A stretch of 64,000 nucleotides of DNA. Source: Schmidtea polychroa. Its lineage: Eukaryota. Location: positions 44,208,001-44,272,000 of the forward strand of contig CM097885.1 of NCBI GenBank assembly GCA_044892525.1. Direction: 5' to 3'. Of the stretch, positions 47,865-60,563 are shown piece by piece (position 1 is the first letter of the stretch; every line of letters begins with the position of its first letter). The position numbers and the translations under genes are program-made. Under the pieces are notes generated by a model that was not told where the DNA came from, did not search any database, and worked only from the letters and a program-made list of their open reading frames with translations.

Positions 47865-48151
47865 CCCTTTCGCGGACACGAAGCATAGGCCGACACTACG
47901 AATTGCTTAAATTGGAACACGTCGGCATATGACGATACATAAAAGCGTTGGACATACCCGTCGGCGAATGCATTGGTTTTATATGTAGGAGCATATTTTG
48001 TGCCCTTACAGAAGCAATCAGATTTGAGTTAGTGACCCAATTACATTTTTTTTGTACTCTTATGTTTAGCCATAATCTAAATTTGCGAGAGTGACACAAA
48101 AACATAATTACTTTGCGAACATTTTCTAAATTTCATGTGTCCGCAAAAGGG
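47865..48151. mobile_element. piggyBac-like MITE
   Basis: 15-bp TIR CCCTTT(C/T)GCGGACAC with 1 mismatch; flanks ATAA / TTAT. Confidence 0.7.
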
Positions 48152-48775
48152 TTATAGAACACGTAATTCACCCTTCCAACTATCTGGGAGTCCTGTGTAA
48201 TTCTAGTACTATCAAAAGACACTTAAAAATAAAAAATTATATTAATTTCAATATCAAAATCATTTTAGGCATTTTAGATGACAACATTCCAGGTAGCAGA
48301 AATTAAGATTTTGTTGGGTTTACTAAATTACAGTGGGAAAAGAATTAAAATCCGACTCCATGTATTCATATATAAAGCAATAAAATCCAAAAATTGAAGT
48401 TAAAATTTATAAAAATAGAAATGCCACGAAATGTGATTTGGGAAGAAATTGATTGCAATCGGGAAATATCATAGAAACAGATATATGAAAAATTGTGCAA
48501 TTGATTGTGGAAAGTATAGAAATAGTCCAAATTCAAAAATTGGATCACTGATGACTTTTTAAAAACACAAAATGGTGGTAAAATATCAAATCACTAATTA
48601 ATTAATTAAAAAAAATTTGATTTCAGTAAACAACAGGGAAGAACAACTGAGAAATTTGGGCAATTGTTATAAACGTTCAAAAACATTTTCAAGTAAGCCT
48701 TAAAGATTTGATTGTTTAGTTGTCAAGTTTGTTCAAAAGTCATTAATCAAACATCCTTTTCAGCTTCATCTAGAG

Positions 48776-48994
48776 CAGTGGTTCTCAAAGTGTGGGTCGC
48801 GTACTAAATTTTTGGGGTCGAAGAAATTTCAATAAAACGGAAGATTGTAACCAAAAAATAACATTAGGTTGCCTTTAAAATAAAATATTTTTTGAATATA
48901 ATAAATATTTTATTTTAAATGACTATTTTCATCTTTTTAATATCTATACTTATGGTCGCCAGAATATTTGCAAGTAAACGTTTGAGAAGCTCTG
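48776..48994. mobile_element. hAT MITE
   Basis: TIR CAGTGGTTCTCAAA / TTTGAGAAGCTCTG; perfect 8-bp TSD ATCTAGAG. Confidence 0.88.
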
Positions 48995-49256
48995 ATCTAG
49001 AGAAAGAACCAAATGAGAATAGGTAACGAGAGATAATTAAAGGTATTATCAAAAGAAATATTCGGATTAAAGTTTCTAGAACAGCTGATTATTATCATTG
49101 AATAGAACAGAGTTTCTGTTGAGTAACTGCAACCTTATATCGTGCATATTAGTAATTATATTATAAAAATATTCATAATAAATTGAAAGAACAACAGAAT
49201 AAATTTATTAAATTAAAATAGTAATTTGGTACAAAAATAAAATATAAAATCACAAT

Positions 49257-49551
49257 TCACTTATTATTATTTTTCAATCTCACATCGGAAACATTACTAT
49301 CGCAATATCTAGGTGAAACCGGGTGCCGATCAAATGAAGCAATCGAATCAAAAATACTATCATATCTATACGATAAACCAAAATCAAACGAAAATTCAGC
49401 ACTGCGAGTCAATTTAGCTCGTTTAGTCAAATCCACGGAATTCTGAGATCGCAAATGGCGACTAACGCCCCCGACAAACGATGAAGAGGCCAAGGAAAGA
49501 TTATCGAGAAAGTTCGAAAAAACGTCATTATTGTTCACAGTTGTTGTTGAT
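49257..49551 (-). CDS. Probable terminal exon, possibly a C-terminal extension of the BORCS8 gene
   Basis: Acceptor TTTTCCAG, then open frame STTTVNNNDVFSNFLDNLSLASSSF...; its phase 2 matches the donor at the end of the last BORCS8 exon. Confidence 0.4.
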
Positions 49552-50382
49552 CTGGAAAAGAAAATCATACAAGAGGTAAATAAAAAACCACAATCGATTA
49601 ATGGACTCCATATTAACATTAGTATACCTGGATTAACTGGGGATTCCTGTAAAATTTTTTCAGCCTCAGATATATAAGTTGTTATTTTTGCTGATAATAG
49701 TTGTCTGTTATCAACGCAATTCAGAGAAATAAACATTGATCCGTAGATTTTATCGTAGAAAATTTAACACATACCGAATAATAAAAGTACCACGACACCG
49801 AAAAATAAATAAACAACATAAAGCTATATATTAAATAAGATAATAAAAATAAATAAGCTTAAACAACAACTACACTACCCCAACACTTAATGAGAGAGAA
49901 AAATTCAGTCGAGTTAACTAATGAGACTTTAAGCAACGAAATAATGTCAAGTTTAGCTTTTGTAACATTTTTTAGTCAAAAAATTAATTTTAAAATCTTT
50001 TATTTTTTGGTCACCTTTAATCTGTTTTTTTTATTGTTATTTTATTTGTTTTCATCAATACAAAACCGAAAATTATGTATTGCATAGAATAAATTTTTTA
50101 TCTTTTGTTACAATGAAAATAAATGAAATATTTTTAATGACAAATTATCGATAATTTATTGACTAAATAAATGTCTTGATTTAGAAATTTGAAAATATTA
50201 GAAACTGCAATATTTAATCTTTATTTTAATTTAAAGTTTACTAAATATTGTCATCAAAAATGAGTTTATTGGGACTCTTTGGTGAGATTCAAAATGCTCT
50301 TGTCTATTTCTCATATGTAAATACTCAGTCGGTCTGGAGGTTGAGAATGAAGTGAAGCTATAGTTTTGTGAGCCACGTAAAC

Positions 50383-50579
50383 CAGTGATGGCGGACCTTT
50401 TTAACACGGGGGTCACAATTAGCATTATTTTAGTTATTAAAAATTTAACAAAAATTCATGTAAATATAATATGATTTTATTTTTTATACATTAATTAGAT
50501 ATATATATTCGAACACATTCGTATGAATTCGTTGCGTGGGTCAGTGTTGGACCCGTGGGTCATAGGTTCACTGTCACTG
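50383..50579. mobile_element. hAT MITE (degenerate)
   Basis: CAGTGATGGCGGACCT / AGGTTCACTGTCACTG ends; partial TSD ACGTAAAC / TCGTAACA. Confidence 0.6.
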
Positions 50580-51086
50580 TCGTAACAGATGTTTACAATA
50601 CCAATTCAGTGAATGTGATATTGAATTCATTATTTTCAGTTTTTTTCTCACTTTTGTTCAGATTATTATCAAAATGAAAAATTAGAAACCCCATTTAGTA
50701 GCAATATTTATACGTATGAATATTTTATTGCGCGCAATTATACTTTTATTTTTTTAGTAGGCAACATGAACAATATGCAAATTGATGATACGCACAAATC
50801 ATTACAAAATAGTTATCATAAGTGATTTGCAATTATCTTAAATTAAATGTGAAGATTAAATATCAATTGTTGACAATCATATATTATATACGAATTCAAG
50901 AGATCTAATTTAGAATTTTCAATATTTGTTCGGATAGACTTTGATTAGTTGCGGGGTTAAGATGCACTGTATTACGTGAAAGTGCAAATACTAGGAATTT
51001 TATTATTATTGTTATTATTATTATTTTAACCAATTAAATGATAATTTAATTCTTGAATAGTTACATAAATATATATATATATATTA

Positions 51087-51148
<62 letters not shown>

Positions 51149-51949
51149 TTTATTATATTATAATAACTTTTAATTTTCACCTCTGATTTCATTTTCAATT
51201 GATCAAAAAAACATCGATATCTTTACTGATTCATAATCAATTTTTTAATAAATATAATTATTATTATTAAAATTATTATCTTCAGATTGACACTTGCAGC
51301 AAAGGCTTATTATACTATTTATTACTGGCTAATTGGTTTTGCTATCAGAAAATCATCGTTTTCTATTTTATTATCATTACAAATATTATATCTTATAAAT
51401 AATTAGCTTTGGTTTCCAATTCATAATAAATATTGAATATGTCGTTATTTCTCAAATATTCGAATACCGGAGGCCAAAATTAGACTAGATCAAATTTTCT
51501 CTACCGGGTTTCTATTAGACATAATAATGGGAAATAAGTGGATTGGATGGAGGAAGATAATATTAAACGCTCTCTGAAATGAATAAAATCGAGTTTGCAT
51601 TATGACTCGTTCACATTAAATCGCAACACTTGGTATAGTGACAATAACTATTCTACTAGTATCATCGTTTGAACAACCTAATGTCCTGCCGGTATATTAT
51701 TTATTGTATATCGCTTGCACATAATTTGCGTACCTGGATTTCATTAGTATTTATAATATGGATTGAATGTAGATATTTAAGCGTTAATTTTAATATTTTT
51801 ATAAGAACGTGTTACTAGAACATTCATTATACAATATATTTCGTCAGTTTTCCTGTCATTATCAGGCAAGATAGACAAACAAATTTCAACAATCAATAAA
51901 CTTAGTAAAACATTGAAAGCAAAGTTTCACAAATTACACATTCATAATA

Positions 51950-52260
51950 ATTATTACCTATTTTTTCTCATACTGTCCTTATTGTGGACAATGTTCTCGA
52001 GCTTGAATACAGAGATGACGGGAAGTCTCCCCAATGTATGTAGCATTACAAGCATTACATTTTTATTGATAAACACGATCAGAACACAATCCAACCAGAG
52101 TTTTAGACTTATTAATAAATATATTGTGTAATTTACATGATTTAAGTACGATTTTATAATTTAAATTTCCCAACTACTCACTTATCTTCTCTTATAATCT
52201 ATAAAACCTTTCAAGTACGGCAATACTAGTTAGTGCAAATTTAGGCTTACCATCCATACA
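51950..52260 (-). mobile_element. Penelope-like element relic (GIY-YIG fragment)
   Basis: Minus strand reads VYQ*KCNACNATYIGETSRHLCIQAREH. Confidence 0.78.
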
Positions 52261-52516
52261 CTCACTATGAAATTAATTTACTTCACCTACACCAGTTAAA
52301 TTACACTCAGACATTACCAAACACGAACCCTTGGGTAAGATTACCCCCCCCCTCTCTGCTCCTCAACCACATAATGTAAGGATAATTAAACTAATGTATT
52401 AGATCTAGCTCATTAATGAATTCAAAAGTATTTTATAATTACAATTTACCGAAATTACGTAATACTTAACAAATAATTTGACAATAAAAAAATTATTTAA
52501 TAAAATATGTAATTTT

Positions 52517-53097
52517 TCACCTATGTTGTAAGTTATAATCCAATTGCTGTTTAATATGAATACAATTTTTCATAGATTCAGCAAGCCTTTTTAATGGTTG
52601 TTTACTTGCTTGGATGTTTTTTATAGCGCTGATATTCATGTTATTCGGTCTACCATTAAATCTAAGTATGTTACCTCATTTCATAATCCATATCAAAGTG
52701 TTCTCCTTGAATTAAACTATTGAGCCTTTTAAATTCTTTCTATTTTTCAATGTCAAGACAAATATATTAAAAAAAATTTACCTTTTGTTCAAGTAGATTT
52801 GGAACGGATTTACGTATATTTTCATCAATACGATACAATGCAATTGAAGGTTCATTAACGATTGAATAAATTGTATCAGTTAACCTTTCAGTAACTTAAA
52901 CAATATCAAAATAGGAATAAAAAATAGAAAAAACTACTAACATTTTGAAACTTTAGTATCCATTTCAGAATTTAAAATTTTATTTTCTACAAAGGTTAAG
53001 AACAGTTTAATTTAGAAATTTAGAAAATCATACGTTTATCATCATTAATATTTGAGATATTAGAATGTAAAAAATAACTTTGGATTCCACGGTCCAT
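52517..53097 (-). CDS. BORCS8: BLOC-1-related complex subunit 8 (BORCS8/MEF2BNB) homologue
   Basis: Exons 53034-53097, 52942-52986, 52782-52894, 52675-52739 and 52517-52628, separated by 42-47 bp GT-AG introns. Spliced product ...EMDTKVSKFTERLTDTIYSIVNEPSIALYRIDENIRKSVPNLLEQK...SAIKNI matches the BORCS8 signature NEPSVALYRLQEHVRRSLP...SAVKNL. Confidence 0.88.
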
Positions 53098-55389
53098 TAT
53101 TGACTTTAATTACTATATTTAAACACTAAAATTATATTAATTAAGCAAAATGAAGATTTGACTTGAAATTAATGAATTTTTTTAATATTGTTTATTCATT
53201 GTAGTATCATAATAAACTTTTAATTTATTTCTTTTATAATTAAAAAGAAATTAAAATATCATTGTAATATATATGAATATGTAACAAAGTCTTAAGCATT
53301 AAAATTGTTTCGATAAATGATGTTTGTATAAAGCAGCTAGTAATAATATTATTACCAAATAAAAGTTCAAAATTATGTATTTGATGAAAAATTACTTTAA
53401 TAATCTTGGTCTATGTACACAATTAATATCTTATGTGTGGTGGGTTACATGTAGGGAAGATAATTCACCTCAAACTCGTATTCGTCCAACTATTTTCTTA
53501 TTCAAACACGCATAACTATTTTACTCGACCACTAAACGCCCGTCACAAGCGACTTTGGAACTACGATTTAGTGGATAACTGTCGACAAAAGATGAACTTT
53601 ACAAGGAGGACTACTAATGACTAGACGAATCACTGAATTCATAAGTTACCGTAGAAAGTCTCATGTCTAGTTTTTCTTCTGTTTCTTCCTCATTTCAGTA
53701 TATACACAATTTTTCACTCGTTGTCATCTACTTCAAACTTTCATGATAAGGTCTTTCATTACTAAATTTCGAAGAGTGAGATATAAATTCAAAGTAATCC
53801 AATTGGAATTTCTTGTCGAATTTCCTGAGGTTATATTGACAAAATCAACTTATAGTTATTTGTATTATGTCGCTAGATATACTTGCATTAATCAACGTTC
53901 GAAAAAATATTTAGTTCTTTTCCTAAAAAGATATGTTTCTTTGGCTTCAATGAGATAATGATAACACAATTTTATTCATTGATTACTTAACTCTCTAAGA
54001 AAACAGTCTTTCCAATGTAATTAATTAATTAAGTTATATTACTAAATCACAATTAAACGAAAGGAATTTATTTACACAATTTTAGTAGCTTGTTATTTTA
54101 TCATAATTTTCCTTGACCTTCCTTTTGCGTTGTTTTGGCTTCATGCATTCGCTTCCGCTCGCACTTTCCAAGGCTTCTTTAGTACTGGAGTTGCATTTGG
54201 TATTCTGGAGATCAGAGCTGCAATCTCTAGAAAAGGCTCCGTCTTGGAGTACATCAATACTCGCCCAACTTCAGTGTCAGTGTTAATTCCTGTTATTAAT
54301 TCAATAATTTTCTGGGACTGTCTAAAATTATCGTTCATCGCATTCTAGAAGTAGCATGATGGTTTTTTTACTAAAGAATTACTTTTATGATGATTATTTA
54401 ATAAATGATAATTTTTCCTAAATTCTGTTTATTTAAATCATATATTCTAAATAATTAAAATATGCTTATGATAATTTATTCTCTGACTAGCAGCTCCTCG
54501 AAACCTCGTCTCCCGCGATCTTTTCCATTTAATCAGTATCATCGTTAGGTAAATTTTCTTCGTGAACCGCTTTATTCGCTATTCTTCTTCTCTCACCTAA
54601 ATAACATGTATTTCAATTGTTTCTATTGTGTTCCCGTCTTGTTCCATCTTTCACAAGCTGGAGATTTCGTCGGGAAACGAAGTTTTGGGATTCGCCTACC
54701 GATATTACTCAGAATTCTTTCTCCTAACCATCACGGGTAGATACAACTTCACCCTTGTAGTTGTACATTCATGCTCTGTACTTGAACTCGTATATTTTAT
54801 AAAATAAGAAAAATTAATGATTAAATATTCTCATCGCCTAAAAAATGTTACTTTAGAAGAAAATATCATATAGAAATTTAACTAATTGAAAATAATTAAT
54901 AGATTACACCCTTCCGAAATCATTACTATAACTTGAAAGCGTCATTATTCTACATCGGCATCGTATATCTTTTCCTTAAAAGTCTATCATAATTCATTTT
55001 ATAAGTTTCATCTCCTGTCTTAAACTAAAACTTTCACTTTCAAAAATATCTAAAATTCTGCATATGTCATCCTACTATTATTCTCTAAGACGTGACAACT
55101 AAAAGTATCTACACTTATTATAAAATTGATTAGAATAAAATAAAATTAATAAAACTTTATGGGCCTAAGGTATTACAGATTTAATCAATAACATTTTAAT
55201 TATTACAAAAATTGATCAATAGTATAATTATATATAAGTATGAAACCTTACTATTTGAAAAAAATTTCTTAATTATGTTGTGGTTCGACGAAATAGTAAC
55301 AAAAACAAAGGGAAAATCTATAAAAACATCAAATTTACAATAAAAATGTAAGGTACAAAAATAATAATTTAAAGCCAAAAAAATGAAAA

Positions 55390-56050
55390 ATGAATATTTT
55401 CCAGGGCATTCTAGAATGGGCGGATGCCGAACAATGAGAGGAGTTCAAATATAATAAAAATAAAGTTAATGGGGGCTACTAGAAGGAAATAATTACAATA
55501 AACTAAAAGTAATTAAAAAATTAATTAGCTAATGGGAAACCCGAGCAGTGTGAAAGGACCCGAGTGGTCAATGAAATTAGCCGAAAAGTAATTAAATTAG
55601 AGCAAACTATCAAAAAATGAATAAATTTACCAAACCAATTAGGTCAGTAAGAGGAAGCCCGGGGAAAAGTATCCAAAGCAATTTGATAAGGAGATAATAA
55701 AATTACGAGACGTGTATAAAAGTGACCAGCAAGTATACAGAATTGCCAGTTGGTCGAAGAAAGAAAACTGAAAGTGAAAGGGAGTAAAAGTGAATTTAAC
55801 TTAGTGCTAACCAAATTGTTTTGAATTTAGCGTATCATAAAGGGACATCTCCCGTTAGAAGATTTATCACTGTGCAAGATTCAGGTTGAAATTGAAAAGT
55901 GTGCAGAGTAAAAAAAGTTATTTAAAGTGGTGTAAACGGAGATTGCTTTATTAAAGTGTGTAATAAAAGAAAAGCGCAATTGTGATAATTTCAAATAAAT
56001 ATTATTGTGTTGGGTTGTTCGAATTGCTTAAAAAAGGACACCAAGGAGTT
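55390..56050 (+). mobile_element. LTR-like relic related to the 46.1-47.1 kb element
   Basis: Shares the near-identical block AAATTAGCCGAAAAGTAATTAAA...GAGATAATAAAA; boundaries approximate. Confidence 0.45.
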
Positions 56051-57481
56051 AGATAGTGACATATACTCAACTATTATACTCTTTGGAAGGGAACTTCTTT
56101 GATAGTAATATGGCTCTAATATCTTCTTGGTTTATCGCACTTAGACAGTGTTGATTTCTTTCGTCAGAAATAAGCTTTTGATGGCTACAAACTTCTTTCC
56201 TTTGATTTCAATTGGTATTTCGGTTTTGCTTCTTGAGTTATTCAATTTGCAATTTAACAACGAGTTCGCCTGGTTGATTTGTTTTTTTCGGTTATGAATT
56301 CCTTTTCTGTTATAGTTTTATTGGATAGATTCCTGTTGGTTTGATTTGATTTTCGATTTTCTGCTTCTGTGATTTCTAAGTTTAGTTTTTCTCCTCTTTG
56401 TGGTTTTGTTAGTGTATTTCATTTGAAAGTTTTAGTATCAATTAATAACGTTCCATGTGGGTATGAGAGCTAGTTTTCGTTTTTGATTTCTCGTGTTGAT
56501 TTGTTTTGTATTGATCATTTTTGATTGATTTGATCCGGTATATATACCCTTTGCTTTAACTCAGGTAGGATTCCACTCTACCTGAGTTTATTATGGATTT
56601 TCTTGCGGGTGCTCATCCTGAGCACCGGATCAGTGGTTGATTCAACATCTACCTTTCTAAAGTTGAAATTTACAATTTTGTAATTATGTCCAAATTTGGA
56701 CAATAAAATATAATTTTTTTGAATTTTTATTGATGTGTTACATTAGTTAGTATTCGACTATTTCTGTTTTTTTGTTGGATTTTTTGTTAAAAGTTGTAGG
56801 TTAGGCTAAAAATTAATTCAAAATAAAATTGGCACTTTCTTTTGATGTCGAAAAATTGAAATAAATATTTAACGAAATGTAAAAACTGAAACATTAAATT
56901 TTATTGCAAGTTTGCTTGTTTTTATTTTAACATAGGTATCGTGTTGAAATGTCTAATTTTCTTATCTATCTATCTATCATATAATAAAAGAAAAATTGTA
57001 ATTCCTGAAATCCAGTTTTCAACACACTGGTGTGTTCTGTGTTATGGAGTTATGGAGTTTTTTTAATATGGAGAAGTGGTGTAAATTGAGAATTAAACAC
57101 AATCACGTAACCATCTTATGATATTTCCGAATCTGGCAATTTTTCACGATCAGTTACGCCTATATTATCTGGTTTTTTAATCACTAGGTCCTTGATCAAT
57201 CGTTTTGCTAACGATGTTCTGTCTGTCATCTGTTAATCTAAATATATCTAAAAACTATTAAAAAAATATAATTTTATTTGAGCACAATTAAATTTATTAA
57301 TTTAATAACTAATTCTACGTAGTTTAGTCTATAGAACTGAGTAACAAATAAATGAAACATAAAAAAGTTAACTTTTGTATCATGAATACACTTTTAAAAA
57401 ATTTCGAAAACGGATTTCGTTTAAATCATTGAAATATGTTTCAAAACCGTAACAATATAAAATAACATATTCATTTACGTG

Positions 57482-58200
57482 TAGGGTTTCCATTCCGAGT
57501 ACTCGGTTACTCGACTACTCGACAGATTCGCCAATTTATCGAGTTTTCGTATACTCGGTCAATGGAATCGAGTACTCGAGTTTTAATAAAAAAAATTTTT
57601 TTGTAAAATATAACTTAAATTTGATGCATATAAATGAGACCATACTAAAAAACTACGATTAAAAAGGGTATCGAATTTTCATAATATATAAACACTTATT
57701 CGCCATCTGTTGATAGATTGATTTAACATAATTCATAAAACTTGTTTAGTGTTTCTATAACAAATAAGATGGCCGTAAGAAAGTTTAAAATATATTCTGG
57801 TTTTCGGTTAATGTTACCTGGCCAGTGAATGTTAGGAAATCTGACGGTTATTTTATCCTTATTATGTCAGTGTCAATGTCTTAAATAAGTAAACAATATT
57901 TTTATTATATTATTATAAATTATGCATGGTTGTAGCATGATTGTTTTCTGCTGTAATAATTGAACAATACTTCATCATTACGCTCGCTCCATCATTTGTT
58001 GAGGAAACAATATACGTTTCTAAATTTATTCCAAATTCTTTCAAAAGGTTCTCCACTAACTCTTTGGTTTTTTCAGCAGTACATTTTTCTTTAATTTCAA
58101 ATAGTCACTTACAGCTTAGAATTTAGCTTCATTTGCATTGACTTTTTGAAAATAATTCCAAGCTTCTGATTTTCTTATACTCATTATGCCTATGGGTAAT
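57482..58200 (-). mobile_element. Degenerate hAT element (one terminus plus BED-finger start)
   Basis: Terminus TAGGGTTTCCATTCCGAG with TACTCG subterminal repeats at 57482. From ATG 58184 the minus strand reads MSIRKSEAWNYFQKVNANEAKF*, like the start of a BED zinc finger. Confidence 0.55.
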
Positions 58201-58476
58201 TAATATGTTAAAAAATGATTAAATAAAACTATTAGGACTTAACCTTATAAAAAAACTTTTAAAGTTGAAAATTTATCAAATAATAATAAAATTATTGTTT
58301 GATTTTAATTATAAATTATAATTTATAATAGTAGTAGGATTGGGGCTCCCCAGATCAGGAGCTCCCCGCATCACATATACCCCCTCCCCCCCCCCCCCCC
58401 GGGAAAAAATTTTTTTTTTAAAAAATAAAAGGTCAAGGTCATTTATTTTTTTTTTTATTTAATTTTTTGTTTTAAT

Positions 58477-59520
58477 TAAGTGATCTGGCGGGCTCCTACT
58501 TTTTTTCATCCCAAAAATTAATGTTCCCGCCAACGGACTTTATTGGACGATACCTCATCTTAAAGCTCAGTCCAAGACCTTTCGAATGAGCTATAGGTAT
58601 CATATATATCCTTAATAGTTTTAATGTTATTAACAATTGATGACCACCATCTTTTCAACGTTAAATTATTATTATTTTCCAAAATATTATTAAGTGATCT
58701 GGCGGGCTCACACTTTTTTTCATCCCAAAAATTAATGTTCCCACCAACAGATTTTATTGACCGATACCTCATCTTAAAGCCCAGTCCAAGACCTTTCGAA
58801 TGAGCTATAGGTATCATATATATCTTTAATAGTTTTAATGTTATTAACATTTGATGACCACCATCTTTTCAACGTTAAATTATTATTATTTTCCAAAATA
58901 TTATTAATTGGCCTGGCGGGCTCACACTTTTTCTCATCCCAAAAATTAATGTTGCCATTATCCGAATTTATTAATCGATAGCTTATTTTGAAGCGTAGTC
59001 TAAGACCTTTCAATTGAGCCATAGAAGGTATCATCATCATTAACATCGGCAAAGTTATTAAAGTTTTACCGAGACCATTTTTCAAGGTCATTTATTTTTT
59101 CAAGGTCATTTATTTTTTCAAGGTCATTTATTTTTTCAAGGTCATTTATTTTTTCAAGGTCATTTATTTTTTCAAGGTCATATTTTAAAATTTAAATGTA
59201 CAGAGTTCCCGACAACGATAATTATTCAACGATAGCTCATTTTAAAGCCCAATGCAAGACCTTTCGATTGATTCATAGAAGGTATCATCATCATTATTAT
59301 TGACAAAGTTATTAACAATTGATGACCACCATCTTTTCAACGTTAAATTATTATTATTTTCCAAAATATTATTAATTGGCCGGGAGGGCCCCTACTCTTT
59401 TTCATCCCAAAAATTAATGTTCCCATTATCCGAATTTATTGGACGATACCTCATCTTAAAGCTCAGTCCAAGACCTTTCGAATGAGCCATAGAAGGTATC
59501 ATCATCATTAATATTAACAA
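58477..59520. repeat. 214-bp tandem repeat in the Polinton terminal region
   Basis: Unit starts at 58477 and 58691. The conserved core recurs at 58550, 58764, 58978, 59232 and 59446, interrupted by the 18-bp array. Confidence 0.9.
59082..59180. repeat. 18-bp tandem array of TCAAGGTCA (6 copies)
   Basis: Copies at 59082, 59100, 59118, 59136, 59154 and 59172. Confidence 0.95.
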
Positions 59521-59675
59521 AGAGAATGACTCACCCAATGACTCACCCAACGATGTCTAATATTTTTAGAACGATGACTCATCAAGGTCATTCCCAAGGT
59601 CATATGACTCATCAAGGTCAAGGTCATTTTTTTTTTAATTTAATTTTTTGTTTTAATTAAGTAATCTTTTTATTT

Positions 59676-59822
59676 TCAAGGTCATTTAATTTTCAAGGTC
59701 ATTTAATTTTCAAGGTCATTTAATTTTCAAGGTCATTTAATTTTCAAGGTCATTTAATTTTTCAAGGTCATTTAATTTTCAAGGTCATTTACTTTTCAAG
59801 GTCATTTAATTTTTCAAGATCA
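59676..59822. repeat. 17/18-bp tandem array of TCAAGGTCA (8 copies plus 1 variant)
   Basis: Unit TTTTCAAGGTCATTTAA. Confidence 0.95.
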
Positions 59823-59865
59823 TTTATTAAAATAATTATTATTTTCTAAGTTTTTAGTTTCTAAG

Positions 59866-59910
<45 letters not shown>

Positions 59911-60108
59911 CATATATACACCGAGTCTATCCGACAAGATATTCTGTCCCCCTATGGGTACTGCTCACAAATGTACTACTCACATTCAACAAGTCACAAA
60001 TGTACTACTCACACTCAACAAGTCACATGGGTACTGTTCACAAAGCTACTGGTAAAAATATTCAAGACAAAACTTTCTAAATTCTAAATATTATTCTTTA
60101 AATATACA

Positions 60109-60357
60109 CTAAAATTTATTAACACATTCACATTCATCATCTCCACAGTTCATAACATTTTCAACAACATGATCTATACAATCCCTATATACACACGGTT
60201 CAGTATCCGTAAATTCCTCCATAGGTTCATCAATTTCTTGAATGCTTTCCTCATCATCTTGAGTGTTTTCTTCATCTGTTTCATCAAATTCCGAATCTTC
60301 ACTCTCTGCTACCCAGTCTATATTTAATGCGTTTGTAACAGATAATATATCCGCCAT
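60109..60357 (-). CDS. Polinton small acidic protein with Cys-rich tail, unknown function
   Basis: First ATG at 60357 (AAAATGG context); MADILSV...ESEDSEFDETDEENTQDDEE...CVYRDC...CGDDECECV. Confidence 0.6.
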   Translation of the reverse strand: MADILSVTNALNIDWVAESEDSEFDETDEENTQDDEESIQEIDEPMEEFTDTEPCVYRDCIDHVVENVMNCGDDECECVNKF

Positions 60358-60563
60358 TTTCACACCAGATATTTCTGCTAATTTTTCCAATAAAAAGTTT
60401 ATTATAAATTCTAAATATTAAATAATTCGATAATTAACTAATCATATTAACCTTTTTCTGTAGTCATTATTAGTATTTTAAAACTATAGTATATATTTGT
60501 TTATAGAAAATATAGAATATAAGCGAAAACAAATATGACTAAATACATTTATTAAATACAACA

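Noticed and set aside
53400..55100. Possible gene around ORF 54141-54338
   Set aside because: Flanking frames contain stops and no consistent splice model emerged; probably a decayed retroelement, but the family could not be supported.
58560..59485. ORFs 58560-58850, 58774-59091 and 59300-59485
   Set aside because: By-products of the 214-bp tandem repeat; the frame shifts from unit to unit and stops recur.
59082..59822. CRISPR-like array
   Set aside because: Spacers are near-identical T/A tracts, the context is eukaryotic, and there are no cas genes.
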